A stretch of DNA of 64,000 bases from Marinicella sp. (GTDB lineage: Bacteria; Pseudomonadota; Gammaproteobacteria; Xanthomonadales; Marinicellaceae). Under the pieces are notes generated by a model. The model did no database searches and was not told the DNA's origin. It was given only the letters and a program-made list of their open reading frames with translations. The position numbers and the translations under genes were made by a program. This document shows positions 21,359-30,140 of the stretch, one piece after another. Position 1 is the first letter of the stretch. The number at the start of each line of letters is the position of its first letter. The stretch spans positions 672,001 to 736,000 of the forward strand of contig OZ246001.1 of NCBI GenBank assembly GCA_965230295.1, in the 5' to 3' direction.

Positions 21359-22738
21359 TCACTGAAATCCATCAGCAAAAATCAGGTCATCCTGAGACTT
21401 GATTCTGATGGCAAAGCCATTGGTTACCTGGTTAATCACTTCAACTTCATAACCATCAATCGGGTCAACAAAGGTCTCACCGACTTTCCACATCACCCCT
21501 TCAGTATCGGCATAATTGGCGGCAGGAGCATCGCCATCGACCACCCAAGGCGGTTCGTTTCTTCCCGTATCCACATGATGAATAATCACCGCTGTATCAA
21601 CAATGTTACTCTCATACTGACCTGATGCTTGTCTGGATTCAATCACATAAAAGGTTCCGTCACTCAAGGGTATGCGGGCAAATTTATAATTGATGAAGGC
21701 GGTTGAAGCGGTCCAATTAACGATCAAAACTTCATCGGTGCTGCTGTTAGCAATGAAACCATCGGAATCATCCACCCAACCCAAGTTGTGTTTAAAATGC
21801 ATGTTGATGTGTTTACCCAAGCGGCCATAGACACTATCGTTTACTGCATAACCAGTGGCTGAACTCATCACATCCCAGGGGCTGTCATAGGGGTTGTCGT
21901 CACCGTCAGAGTTGTTGGCATGCGGCAGACCAAATCCATGCCCCATTTCATGGGCAATCACCCCCTCATTAGCAAATGCCCAGGGAGGATTCCAAGTTGT
22001 ACGCCATAATTTCTGCAAACCATCCAAATTGGCAAAACGACCGCCGCCCCAGGCGCAACAGTCCAACACATCATTGAACATCATGTTGATACCAACAAAG
22101 CTGCTGCCATTGGCACCCGTGGCAAAGTTCACCAAGGGGTCAGCCGCATCGGTGCAATCATCAAACAACAAGTCAAGATCAGAATCAAAATTAGACCCCG
22201 GGTTTGGAATGTAGGTGGTTTGTGGACTGGGTAAATCCACCCAATCAATGGCCAAAGAACCTACCACATTGATTTTATTAAAAGAAACTTCACGCCAATA
22301 ATGATCCAAACCAGCCGGTTGGTTGGCATACATGTTTTGAAAAAACGAGAGGTTTTCAGGCTCAGCATTTTTGTCACTGAACTTACATAAAATCGACACC
22401 CAGGGTTGCGGACCAGTAACACCGCCGACCCCTCGGCTGACTCCTTCAAGCAACTCCAACGCCTGTAATTTATTCTCACGACCATCAAACATTGGCGGGT
22501 GCTTGAGTGTTGCCGAAACCTTCAAACCAGCCCATTCTCTGATTGGCATGCGCTGCTCAAAAGCTGAACTTAAACTGAGCGGAATTTTATGGGTTTCAGT
22601 TTGGATAAAATACCGTTGGTGGTATTGTTCAGATGGTGGCTTGGCATCACCGATTTCATACACCAACACACCTTCTATTTTGTCAGCGTGGACCCAGCTG
22701 CTGATTGAAACAAGACACAATACCCATAGTAACTTCAT
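21359..22738 (-). CDS. Secreted metzincin metallopeptidase (M6/M11-like) with C-terminal DLIFADGFQ tail
   Basis: Signal peptide; HEMGHGFGLPH (HExxHxxGxxH); WDVMS Met-turn. Confidence 0.8.
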   Translation of the reverse strand: MKLLWVLCLVSISSWVHADKIEGVLVYEIGDAKPPSEQYHQRYFIQTETHKIPLSLSSAFEQRMPIREWAGLKVSATLKHPPMFDGRENKLQALELLEGVSRGVGGVTGPQPWVSILCKFSDKNAEPENLSFFQNMYANQPAGLDHYWREVSFNKINVVGSLAIDWVDLPSPQTTYIPNPGSNFDSDLDLLFDDCTDAADPLVNFATGANGSSFVGINMMFNDVLDCCAWGGGRFANLDGLQKLWRTTWNPPWAFANEGVIAHEMGHGFGLPHANNSDGDDNPYDSPWDVMSSATGYAVNDSVYGRLGKHINMHFKHNLGWVDDSDGFIANSSTDEVLIVNWTASTAFINYKFARIPLSDGTFYVIESRQASGQYESNIVDTAVIIHHVDTGRNEPPWVVDGDAPAANYADTEGVMWKVGETFVDPIDGYEVEVINQVTNGFAIRIKSQDDLIFADGFQ

Positions 22739-22761
22739 AACCGTAAAACCTTTTTGTTAAA

Positions 22762-22774
22762 CAAGTCATTGATT
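22762..22774 (-). promoter_or_regulatory. IHF consensus site upstream of the metzincin gene
   Basis: AATCAATGACTTG on the minus strand matches WATCAANNNNTTR. Confidence 0.4.
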
Positions 22775-22829
22775 CTAAAGGTAAGAACCAGATTTGTATC
22801 TATTTTTCAAGCAAAACAGTCTGACAATT

Positions 22830-23609
22830 TCACGATCTGTGAACTGACAACAAATTTCTCAAGATATTTTTCCATAATTGACGCAATATTTCACTCTTTG
22901 TCGATAATGACAAGTCAGGATCAAGATAACAAGACTTGGCATGTTCCAGTTGAATGGCGTGAACATGCTGATGAGGCCGCCCGTAGTGGCGTGTGATGTG
23001 ACCACCCTTGAATCGCCCATTGACGACATGACTGAATTCAGATTGTGCAGTCAGCATCTCATTAACCAGATGCTCGTATTCAGCCGCACAACTTTGGCCA
23101 GAAAATGTACCGACATTGATGTCCGGCAAGTGACCCTCAAAAAATCTGGGCACTTCATCATCGATGCTGTGGGCATCGATCAATAAACAATACCCATGGT
23201 TTTGAACCGCAGTCTGAATCATGGCATTCAGCTGGTCATGATAAGGCTGCCAATACAACTCGATGCGGCGGTTAACCTCTGTTTGATCAGGCTCCTTACC
23301 TGCTTGATATATGGTTTGAAAATCAAAAGTACTGGTGGGACACAACTCTGTTTCAGCTTGGTTGCTGTATAAAGCTTCACCAGAGGCTGGCCGGTTCAAG
23401 TCGATCAAGTGCCGGGAATAATTGGCCGATATTTTCGAATATTTGAGGTCTGTGAACTCGAACACTGGATCGATCAAATAATCCCGATCTGTTGACTCAA
23501 GAATCCCGGGCTTCATGGTAACCAACACCTCATCCGGTATCAGTGCACCATCATGTGGCACACTGATCACCAATGGTGAGTCTGCCTGAATCAGCTCAAA
23601 GATGGACAT
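22830..23609 (-). CDS. hutG: N-formylglutamate amidohydrolase
   Basis: SVPHDG, SR..IDLNRP, YWQPYH, DAHSI, NGRFKGG.ITR; in hut cluster. Confidence 0.93.
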   Translation of the reverse strand: MSIFELIQADSPLVISVPHDGALIPDEVLVTMKPGILESTDRDYLIDPVFEFTDLKYSKISANYSRHLIDLNRPASGEALYSNQAETELCPTSTFDFQTIYQAGKEPDQTEVNRRIELYWQPYHDQLNAMIQTAVQNHGYCLLIDAHSIDDEVPRFFEGHLPDINVGTFSGQSCAAEYEHLVNEMLTAQSEFSHVVNGRFKGGHITRHYGRPHQHVHAIQLEHAKSCYLDPDLSLSTKSEILRQLWKNILRNLLSVHRS

Positions 23610-25120
23610 AAGGCTGGCAGGTATTTATTCAATTCCCCGGAAATCACCAATTGTTGCATGTGATTGATGTCAGGGGACAACAAACGATCCTGGGCCAAAA
23701 AGGGTACGTCCTCACGAACTTTTTCATACACCGCAAACAACGATTGAGAGGTTTTTAGGTTGTCATGAAAATCAATACTTTGGCAGGCTGCCATCATTTC
23801 AATACCCACCACTGCAGCCGAGTTTTCTGCCAAGTCAGTGAGCTTCCTGCCCGCAAAGGTCGCCATACTGACATGATCTTCCTGATTGGCTGAGGTTGGG
23901 ATCGTGTCGACACTGGCTGGATGTGCCAAGGTTTTGTTTTCAGAAGCCAAGGCGGCGGCTGTCACATGGGCAATCATAAAGCCTGAGTTGACTCCAGAAT
24001 CTGGTACCAGGAAAGCAGGCAGGCGACTCAAAGCCGGATCAATCAACATTGCCATGCGACGCTCTGACATGTTGACCATATCCGTCATGCCAATGCCTAA
24101 AAAGTCAGCCACCAAGGCCACTGGTTCAGCATGAAAATTTCCACCAGAGAGCACATCACCCTGTTCAGCAAACACCAATGGATTGTCGGTCGCCGCATTG
24201 GCTTCAATCAATAATTTTTCAGACACGTAATTAATGGTGTCCAGAACGGCACCCATGACTTGTGGCTGACAACGCAAGCAATACGGATCCTGAACCCGAT
24301 CACAATCCTCATGAGAGACCACAATCTCACTGCCTTTAAGCAAACCCCGAATGGCTCTGGCAACCTGGATCTGACCCGTTTGTCGACGCGCCTGGTGGAT
24401 GCGCTCATCAAATGGCGCCAATGATCCTTTGGCCGCATCAATTGATAAGGCACCAGCCAACACGGCTGCATTGAAACAGTTTTCCGCCAGAAACAAACCT
24501 TTCAGTGCCAAGGCTGTGGATACTTGCGTTCCATTGAGCAAAGCCAAACCTTCTTTGGGGCCCAATTTAATGGGTTGTAAACCCGCTTGATTCAAAGCAT
24601 CCATCGCTGGCATCACTTGATCCTGATAGCTCGCTTCACCCAAACCAATCATGACCGCGGTTAAATGAGCCAACGGTGACAAGTCTCCTGAAGCACCCAC
24701 AGAACCTTTTTCAGGTATGATGGGGTAAATTTCGTGATTGATCATGTCTAACAACAACGACAAGGTTTTGGGGTGGATGCCTGACACACCTTGTGACAAA
24801 CTCATGGCTTTGAGCGCCATGATTAATCGAGTGGTGTTGGTATCAATCGGATCACCCACGCCCACTGCGTGTGAAATCACCAAATTTCGCTGCAGTGTGT
24901 CCAATTCATCTTTGGCAATTTTCACATTGGCCAGTAAGCCAAAACCTGTATTCACGCCATAGACTGTGCTTTCTGATGCCGCCACATCTTCGATGGTCTT
25001 TCGTGACTTGATCACACCTTGAAGCATGTGATCATCGACAGTTATCCGGGTGGCTTGTTGCCAGATTTGTCGCAGGTCATGTAATGTAAACCCCTCATGG
25101 GTGATGGTAAATGTCATCAT
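23591..25120 (-). CDS. hutH: Histidine ammonia-lyase
   Basis: [10 protein letters not shown] specificity pair, GASGDL (MIO), NQEDHVSM. Confidence 0.98.
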   Translation of the reverse strand: MMTFTITHEGFTLHDLRQIWQQATRITVDDHMLQGVIKSRKTIEDVAASESTVYGVNTGFGLLANVKIAKDELDTLQRNLVISHAVGVGDPIDTNTTRLIMALKAMSLSQGVSGIHPKTLSLLLDMINHEIYPIIPEKGSVGASGDLSPLAHLTAVMIGLGEASYQDQVMPAMDALNQAGLQPIKLGPKEGLALLNGTQVSTALALKGLFLAENCFNAAVLAGALSIDAAKGSLAPFDERIHQARRQTGQIQVARAIRGLLKGSEIVVSHEDCDRVQDPYCLRCQPQVMGAVLDTINYVSEKLLIEANAATDNPLVFAEQGDVLSGGNFHAEPVALVADFLGIGMTDMVNMSERRMAMLIDPALSRLPAFLVPDSGVNSGFMIAHVTAAALASENKTLAHPASVDTIPTSANQEDHVSMATFAGRKLTDLAENSAAVVGIEMMAACQSIDFHDNLKTSQSLFAVYEKVREDVPFLAQDRLLSPDINHMQQLVISGELNKYLPALCPSLS

Positions 25121-26802
25121 TGCTGCCCCCCTTTGCGGTTAATCATGGGTAAATTCAATCCATGCTCTTCGGCACAGTTGATCGCGATGTCATAACCCGC
25201 ATCGGCGTGACGCATGACGCCGGTTGCCGGATCATTCCACAACACCCGACCAATTCGCTCGGCCGCGGCATCCGTCCCGTCACAACAGATCACCACACCT
25301 GAATGCTGTGAATACCCCATACCCACACCGCCACCATGATGCAGTGACACCCAAGTGGCACCACTGGCTGTATTCAACAAGGCATTGAGCAAAGGCCAGT
25401 CAGAAACGGCGTCTGAACCATCTGCCATGCTTTCCGTTTCTCGATTGGGTGAGGCCACTGAACCAGAATCCAAATGATCGCGACCAATCACCACCGGTGC
25501 TTTCAGTTCTCCGGATTTGACCATTTCATTGAACGCCAGACCTAGTTTATGCCGCTGTCCCAAACCCACCCAACAGATTCTGGCTGGTAAGCCTTGGAAC
25601 TGAATGCGCTCTCTGGCCATGTCCAGCCAATTGTGTAAGTGTGGATCATCTGGAATCAATTCTTTCACTTTGGCATCGGTTTTGTAGATGTCTTCAGGAT
25701 CTCCGGATAAGGCCGCCCAACGGAAAGGTCCCACGCCTCGACAAAACAAAGGCCTCACATATGCGGGTACAAAGCCAGGAAAAGCAAAAGCATCCTCAAC
25801 CCCGACATTGAAGGCCTCTTGGCGGATGTTGTTGCCATAATCTACAGTTGGTATACCCAAAGCATGAAAGTCCAACATGGCTTGTACTTGAACCGCCATA
25901 GATGCCCTTGCAGCTTTGGCCACGCCTTTGGGATCGGTTTTGGCAGATGCGCGCCATTGTTCAACACTCCACCCCTGCGGCAAATAACCATTCACCGGAT
26001 CGTGTGCAGAGGTTTGATCGGTGACCAAATCCGGCCTGATGCCCTGTTGATACATGTCAGCAAACACATCTGCTGCATTACCCAAGAGACCGATTGACAC
26101 GGCCTTTCCGGCATCATTGGCTTGGTTCAACAGAGACATGGCTTCTTCAATTGAGTGGGCTTTTTTATCTACATAACCCGTTTTCAAACGGAAATCTATG
26201 CGGGTCTCATCACACTCTACAGCGATCATGCCATAACCTGCCATGGTTGCCGCCAAGGGTTGTGCACCGCCCATGCCTCCCAAACCTCCTGTCAATATCC
26301 ATTTACCTGCCGTTTGACCATCAAAATGTTGACGGCCAGCTTCAACAAATGTTTCATAGGTGCCTTGAACTATGCCTTGTGAACCAATATAAATCCAGGA
26401 CCCGGCGGTCATTTGCCCATACATCATCAAGCCCTTTTTATCCAACTCATTGAAATGATCCCAATGGGCCCAGTTGGGTACCAAATTAGAGTTAGCGATC
26501 AAAACCCGTGGTGCATCTTCATGGGTTCTGAACACCCCTACTGGCTTACCCGATTGAACCAACAGGGTTTCATTGGCCTGCAACTTTTTAAGTGCTGCCA
26601 CAATGGCATCAAAACAGGCCCAGTTACGGGCCGCTTTTCCAATGCCACCGTAGACCACCAAATCCTCCGGTCGCTCTGCCACCACAGGGTCTAAGTTGTT
26701 CATCAACATGCGCAACGGCGCTTCAGTTAACCAAGACTGGGCATTGAGCTCAGTGCCTATGGGCGCTTTGACCACCCGATTGTTGTTATCCTTTGTTGTC
26801 AT
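25117..26802 (-). CDS. hutU: Urocanate hydratase
   Basis: [30 protein letters not shown]. Confidence 0.99.
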   Translation of the reverse strand: MTTKDNNNRVVKAPIGTELNAQSWLTEAPLRMLMNNLDPVVAERPEDLVVYGGIGKAARNWACFDAIVAALKKLQANETLLVQSGKPVGVFRTHEDAPRVLIANSNLVPNWAHWDHFNELDKKGLMMYGQMTAGSWIYIGSQGIVQGTYETFVEAGRQHFDGQTAGKWILTGGLGGMGGAQPLAATMAGYGMIAVECDETRIDFRLKTGYVDKKAHSIEEAMSLLNQANDAGKAVSIGLLGNAADVFADMYQQGIRPDLVTDQTSAHDPVNGYLPQGWSVEQWRASAKTDPKGVAKAARASMAVQVQAMLDFHALGIPTVDYGNNIRQEAFNVGVEDAFAFPGFVPAYVRPLFCRGVGPFRWAALSGDPEDIYKTDAKVKELIPDDPHLHNWLDMARERIQFQGLPARICWVGLGQRHKLGLAFNEMVKSGELKAPVVIGRDHLDSGSVASPNRETESMADGSDAVSDWPLLNALLNTASGATWVSLHHGGGVGMGYSQHSGVVICCDGTDAAAERIGRVLWNDPATGVMRHADAGYDIAINCAEEHGLNLPMINRKGGQQ

Positions 26803-26830
26803 GATGTCGTACCAATATGTTTGTCTGATG

Positions 26831-27322
26831 TTATTTCTTTTGAGATTCTTTGGCCGCTTGAAAACGGGCCAATAAATCTCGCTGTTTTAAGCTTTTGATT
26901 GCAGCTGTTAATACCGCATACAGATCAGTGTCAATTTCAGCCGATAGATCTGCATACACTTGGTGCAATGAATTTTCATTCAATAACTGTGCTTGCGTCA
27001 TACCCAAAGGCGTTAATCGATACAGCATCCTGCGCCTGTCATCTGGATCATTTCTCACATCAATCAGGTCCAGCTTCAACAACCTGGGTAACTTTTGTTT
27101 AACCAATTGATGCGATTGTCTCAAAGCTTTGGCCAATTCAGTCACCGATGCCTGATCGACAGTAAAGAGTGTATGGATGATAGAACAGGATTTCACCGGC
27201 ACTATGATACCCAGTGATTGATAAATCGGTTTGATTTGTTCGCTGATCAAATTTCCCAAATCATCAGCCTGCTTACCGATGAAGGAACGTGTCATGAATT
27301 GAATGTTCGAGTCTTTGATCAT
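26831..27322 (-). CDS. MarR-family transcriptional regulator
   Basis: [19 protein letters not shown]...LT..G winged helix; start 27322 or 27295. Confidence 0.85.
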   Translation of the reverse strand: MIKDSNIQFMTRSFIGKQADDLGNLISEQIKPIYQSLGIIVPVKSCSIIHTLFTVDQASVTELAKALRQSHQLVKQKLPRLLKLDLIDVRNDPDDRRRMLYRLTPLGMTQAQLLNENSLHQVYADLSAEIDTDLYAVLTAAIKSLKQRDLLARFQAAKESQKK

Positions 27323-27330
27323 GCTTTTAT

Positions 27331-27353
27331 GCAATATGTTGCGCAATATGTTG
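27331..27353. promoter_or_regulatory. Candidate MarR operator (tandem near-palindromes)
   Basis: GCAATATGTTG twice at 12-bp spacing, immediately upstream of the marR start. Confidence 0.45.
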
Positions 27354-27438
27354 TCTATTCTCCCATTGCCATTGGCTCTTGTCAACGAAATGCGCTTGTT
27401 ATTCTTCAATGTTGTATTATTTTAGGTGATTTTATTGT

Positions 27439-27457
27439 AATGAGAATGATTATCATT
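27439..27457. promoter_or_regulatory. Fur box
   Basis: AATGAGAATGATTATCATT: 9-1-9 palindrome with one mismatch, typical proteobacterial Fur site. Confidence 0.8.
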
Positions 27458-27482
27458 TATATTTAGAACTTTAAACAAACCA

Positions 27483-28094
27483 ATGCTTATGACCTGGCAA
27501 ATTAATCTGATCAATGACTTTCGCTGTAGCGGAGAAACCTGTCTTGAATTAACACACCACCACCGTTATTGTCAGTTGCGCAATTGGTTTGGACCATTTG
27601 CTCAACGATTATTCAACAGCATAAAAGATCAATTATTGAGATCCAATGATGATTCCGTAATCCATCAAATTATTGTTGATAAGCAGTTTGCCCAATATTT
27701 ATTGGTTCAAGCCAGCTTCCTTCATCAACGCTGCATGCACCAATACCAGGTCCATCAAGACATTCATGACAAAGGCATCACCTACTCACATGAATTGGGC
27801 GAATTACTGCTGTATGTGCGCATGACTCCTCAACACCCAAGCCAACAAACTTTGGAGCATTTTATTGACACTCAGCTGGCATGGTGTGATGAAACAGAAC
27901 AAGCCATCCATACTTTACTGGAATCAAAGCTCATCCAAAAAATCAAATTCAATCAACAGACTTACTATGATAAGAACCCTTACCCTCACGACCACATACT
28001 GAATCTAGATACCAACATTTTATCCGACTATACAGGTCAAGAATACATGGGCTCAACTTCGCTACAAATCATTAACCACAACCAGACTTTTTAA
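27483..28094 (+). CDS. His-rich protein with degenerate Fur/PerR/Irr-like C-terminal domain
   Basis: KGITYS..LL....QHPS..., L.ESKLI.KI, YYDKNPYPHDHILNLDT resemble the Fur-family fold; N-terminal half not recognised. Confidence 0.6.
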   Translation: MLMTWQINLINDFRCSGETCLELTHHHRYCQLRNWFGPFAQRLFNSIKDQLLRSNDDSVIHQIIVDKQFAQYLLVQASFLHQRCMHQYQVHQDIHDKGITYSHELGELLLYVRMTPQHPSQQTLEHFIDTQLAWCDETEQAIHTLLESKLIQKIKFNQQTYYDKNPYPHDHILNLDTNILSDYTGQEYMGSTSLQIINHNQTF

Positions 28095-28191
28095 CCCCAA
28101 GTCATGACCAGTGTTTAATTTCAGTTCATTGCGCTCAAATCAATTGAAATTAATTTATTTAGATGTTAATCTAATTATCTATTTATATAAT

Positions 28192-29178
28192 ATGACTGAA
28201 CCCATGTACAAACCAACATTAAAATACATGGCCATTGCATCCATGTTGATCAATACCATTGCCGCATCAGCTGAATCGCCAGAAAAAGAGATTCAAGTAG
28301 ATGTCAATGGCTATGTATTAAGTGGCGTTTATCAAGCTGCCACCAAAAACCAAGACTCAATTAAAAAGGCAATCCTTATCATTGCAGGCTCTGGAGCCAC
28401 AGACCGCAATGGCAACAATGAAGGCATGGGGCTGATCAACAACAGCTATAAAATGTTGGCTGATGCATTGAATCAGGCAGGTTTCGCGGTCCTTAGAACC
28501 GACAAACGCGGCGTTGGGAAAAGTGCCAGCCCAGATTTTGATATGAGCCAAACAGTATTCAAAGATTATGTCAATGATGTGTCGATTTGGATTGATTTAT
28601 TACAACAGTCTCATGACGAGATCACCGTCATTGGTCACAGTCTGGGTGGTTTGATGATGATGCAAGCTGCCCAATCATCTGAAGTCGATCATGTCATAGC
28701 CTTGGCCAGCGTAGCTGACTCAGGGTACGCAACCATCAAAAGACAAATGGGGGATCAACCCGAATTTGTGAGTCAAGCCGCCATCCCTCTTTTAGATCGC
28801 CTGGCTAAGCAAGAAAGCATACCAGCTGAAGAAGTACCACCTTTCTTAAATGCCCTGTTCAGTCCAAAGATTCAAAAATACATGCAATCCTTTATGTTGC
28901 TGGAACCCAAAGCTGAATTAGCTAAGCTGGCCATACCTGCCCTGGTGATAATTGGGGATACCGACATCCAAATCACAGTCAAAGAAAGCGAACAAATGGC
29001 AGCAAATTTAAGCCACGTCTCATTCGAAGTCATTAAAGGCATGAACCATGTATTGAAGCCAGCCCCTGAAGAACGTCAAGCCAATCTGGCCACCTACTCG
29101 CAAGCTGAATTACCACTGCACCCAGATTTAGTACCAACGATATTAGAATTCTTGAAAAACAGCCCATACAAGCCGTGA
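28192..29178 (+). CDS. Secreted alpha/beta hydrolase
   Basis: Signal peptide; AGSGATDRNGN, DKRGVG.S, GHSLG nucleophile, D.Q, MNH. Confidence 0.88.
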   Translation: MTEPMYKPTLKYMAIASMLINTIAASAESPEKEIQVDVNGYVLSGVYQAATKNQDSIKKAILIIAGSGATDRNGNNEGMGLINNSYKMLADALNQAGFAVLRTDKRGVGKSASPDFDMSQTVFKDYVNDVSIWIDLLQQSHDEITVIGHSLGGLMMMQAAQSSEVDHVIALASVADSGYATIKRQMGDQPEFVSQAAIPLLDRLAKQESIPAEEVPPFLNALFSPKIQKYMQSFMLLEPKAELAKLAIPALVIIGDTDIQITVKESEQMAANLSHVSFEVIKGMNHVLKPAPEERQANLATYSQAELPLHPDLVPTILEFLKNSPYKP

Positions 29179-29204
29179 AGCAGGAGAATTGTTGACCGAT
29201 CAAA

Positions 29205-29373
29205 TAAGGAATGTTCTTGGGGCTCCATTCACTTTTGTCTGGAACAGACATCCGAAGTGAGCAAACGCGAACTTGAGGTAAAATTAGAGTTAGAAGATGC
29301 TGGTTTTTTTGTGCAACAAAAAAGAAGGCATTTCTAACCATTCTCCAGAATGAAGTCCCAAGGGCATTCCTTA
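29205..29373 (+). repeat. 169-nt structured element (MITE-like or ncRNA)
   Basis: 26-nt imperfect terminal inverted repeats (29205-29230 / 29348-29373) that start and end in TA, enclosing two hairpins. Confidence 0.6.
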
Positions 29374-29456
29374 CTATCTGACTTGAGGATAAGAAAGTGG
29401 TGGTCATCTGAGGTTAAACTTCTGTAAAATGAGGTGATTCAATCAAACATAATCAC

Positions 29457-30140
29457 ATGAAGTTCGAATCAACTGATCGCCAAATTCGCAGTTTTGTTTT
29501 GAGAAAGGGAAAGATGACCACGGGTCAGCGTAAAGCGGTCGAAGAGTTGATGCCTTTGTTTGCCTTTGATCCTAAAGAACCCATTGATTTTCAAAAGTTA
29601 TTTGGCAATGACAATCCGGTATGGCTCGACATCGGTTTTGGCAATGGTGAGTCAATCATTCATGCCGCTCAAATGTTCCCTGACATCAACTTTCTAGGGA
29701 TTGAAGTCCATTTACCTGGCGTGGGTCATTTACTCATGGCCATCAAAGAGCATGAACTGAATAATGTTCGCATCATCAGAAATGATGCAGTTGATATGTT
29801 AAACCTTTATATCAATGACGGCACATTAGCGGCCATCCACATTTATTTCCCTGACCCATGGCACAAGAAACGCCACCACAAAAGACGCATCATGAATCAA
29901 GGTTTTTTAGATTTGATTAAAAACAAACTGAGTCAAGGTGGCCGCTTACATTATGCTTCAGACTGGGAACCCTATGCTGTTGAAGTTCAGGAATTATTCT
30001 CACACAACAATTGGTTATCCAATCAACAAACTGACAATGGTTTTGCACCCCGGCCTGAATGGCGACCTGTGACTAAGTTCGAAAGGCGGGGACAAAAACT
30101 GGAACACGGCACTTACGATTTAATCATGACCAAAAGCTGA
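29457..30140 (+). CDS. trmB: tRNA (guanine-N7)-methyltransferase
   Basis: RSFVLRKG, DIGFGNG, FPDPWHK.RH.KRR, TKFERRG. Confidence 0.97.
   Translation: MKFESTDRQIRSFVLRKGKMTTGQRKAVEELMPLFAFDPKEPIDFQKLFGNDNPVWLDIGFGNGESIIHAAQMFPDINFLGIEVHLPGVGHLLMAIKEHELNNVRIIRNDAVDMLNLYINDGTLAAIHIYFPDPWHKKRHHKRRIMNQGFLDLIKNKLSQGGRLHYASDWEPYAVEVQELFSHNNWLSNQQTDNGFAPRPEWRPVTKFERRGQKLEHGTYDLIMTKS

Noticed and set aside
21188-21625. 145-aa + strand ORF
   Set aside because: Antisense to icd and the metzincin; no motif.
29205-29373. Identification as 6S RNA, SRP RNA, a riboswitch or a retron ncRNA
   Set aside because: No diagnostic motifs or expected synteny, and no reverse transcriptase in the window; kept only as an unclassified element.
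29033-29407. 124-aa minus ORF across the structured element
   Set aside because: Overlaps the hydrolase antisense and has no transposase or RT motifs.
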